Positions 62,386 to 64,000 of a DNA stretch of 64,000 nt are shown here, one piece after another. The stretch's first letter is position 1. Each line of letters opens with the position of its first letter. Made by a program: the position numbers and the translations under genes. This DNA is from the human T2T-CHM13v2.0 reference genome, Homo sapiens. The stretch lies in assembly GCF_009914755.1 (NCBI RefSeq), contig NC_060934.1; one strand, written 5' to 3'. The notes beneath the pieces are model-generated. The model was not told where the DNA came from, ran no database searches, and was given only the letters and a program-made list of their open reading frames with translations.

Positions 62386-64000
62386 AAGATCATACATAGA
62401 CTAGGACTGCCCAATGCTGCTAATTTTATCATTTTTTAAAAAGATATTTCGAGTGCCCTAGGCTTTAAGAGACATGAGACAAAAATGCATAATATTTTAA
62501 ACAGATGAAGGTGGACAACTCAATGTATATTCCTGTTTGAACCAACTTTAACTTGTAAGAATACTGTCTAAGAAGTCTGAAACATGAGGTACTCCACCAG
62601 AGTCTGTGGGGTAACAACAGGCAAAGAGAAAGGTCATGGGTTTGTGAGAAATCAGTCAGAAATGGTGCCACATGTGTCTGGCAATTATGTAATACAAAAT
62701 ATTCCAATTTGCATGGGAGGTTGGGATCTCTAAAGAACCCTTAAACCTTCCAATGAGAAAGAGTTAGTATCTGGAAATCTTCCCAGTCAGAAGGCATGAC
62801 AGACAAGAAATAATAGGAAAAAGCTTCAGCTATAATAAGTAAATTTTTGAAGTCCTGGTTTCCTTTCATCTATCCTCCCTTTCTGATCCTGACGGAATTA
62901 GAAGTCATATAGTGAATAAGGAAGAAAGAAAAGCATTATATGTTCTGTAGGCTAGAATGGCATATATAACTTTAATGCTTGAGGAGATATTCTGAATCTT
63001 TAAAGTCAGAGATATGGCATAGTTTATGGCCAGTTTTCCTCAATGCAGACAGTAAATGTGTACTACTGTTATTATTTCCTGCACCTGCAAGATAGTCATC
63101 TAAACTTGAAAGGGAGAAGCAAAAGTCAACATATCCACACTTCTCTCATTCTTTTGACCTGCTTTAATTTTGGTAAGCTATGTGTTTTTGGGGGCTTTAT
63201 GGGTAACTATCAGATTAATTTGGATCTTGAAGGGTGATTTAAGCAAAATATTTAGAGTAGAAAATAATTATTGTTTAATAACAGAATAGCAATTATTGAG
63301 GGCTTAGACATGACTCAATCATATCATTTATTTTTTTTTCTTTGCCACTTCTAATCCAAATAACTTTGTAAATTTGGAAGAAAATAAATGCTACAAGACT
63401 AGATAGATAGATAGATAAAATACAAAAGCACTCAGGCTACAGAAATTACTAGAACAAATCACAATAATGTTGCTTTGGGCCATCTGCCAGATCAACCAAA
63501 CCATATTGTTATGGGGAGTAAACTCTGACATACTAATTGTTCTTGGTTGCTTTAGCATAGTTTTGATAAGCAAGTAAATTATAAGCCATATAAATTATAA
63601 TGCCAAATTCCTGACAACATATCCAGAGGTGATAATTTGAAGGAAAATAGACCTTTTGATCAAAAGGTCTATTAGACCTTATAAAGTAATTATTAGCTAT
63701 CCTTTGGAATCCGTTTATATTTGGACACATTGTTTATCATTGCATTTTGAAGAAAATGATTAGTCTGAAATGGTTTTCATGCAAGCTCATGACTTAATTG
63801 CAGTTTTATCTTAATTTCCCATTATAAAGAATGTGTTAATTTTAATTCCTAGAGATCTCACTTGCAGTATGAATAGAAGAGTAAGAACCTCATTTACAGA
63901 TATTACTCTTTAGTATAGTGGGATCAGCAGGTATCTGTGGGAGAAAATCCATAGAAAACATCTGAAATGGCATTGAAGTTTCTCAGTATCCTCAAATTGA

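Overview
Primate (AluY-containing, probably human/hominoid) AT-rich, gene-poor genomic DNA. It is dominated by interspersed repeats. I can support no protein-coding exon, tRNA, rRNA or CRISPR array. The ORF-track entries I recognise are decayed L1 ORF1/ORF2, ERV gag, Alu/LTR read-throughs or microsatellite artefacts; the remainder are short unrecognised ORFs. Main components: (1) the 5' end of an L1PA (about PA5-7) on the minus strand (1-2560); (2) an internally deleted but end-to-end L1MA (8.8-14.1 kb); (3) a 5'-inverted L1MA (15.3-17.0 kb); (4) a two-LTR MER61-type ERV1 provirus with a tRNA-Pro-like PBS, a PPT and a gag remnant (25.0-31.5 kb); (5) an LTR12 solo LTR with six CCAAT boxes (33.9-34.6 kb); (6) a 3'-truncated L1PB (35.1-40.2 kb) preceded by an unexplained GC-rich 230 bp segment; (7) two AluY elements in tandem sharing a triplicated TSD; (8) a full-length Tigger1 and several DNA-transposon MITEs, MaLR LTRs, MIR/L2 fragments and GATA microsatellites. 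The least-explained signal is a recurring set of templated-insertion and fold-back scars: a perfect 40-bp inverted repeat in an old Tigger3, an 88-bp inverted copy inserted into an MLT1 LTR, a 37-bp copy plus hairpin in L1MA, and a perfect 28-bp palindrome. Other open signals are a CpG-retaining unique patch at about 53.5 kb and candidate TE-promoter/splice-site combinations. I cannot demonstrate a new biological system from sequence alone. Subfamily names come from recalled consensus sequences and need RepeatMasker/Dfam confirmation.
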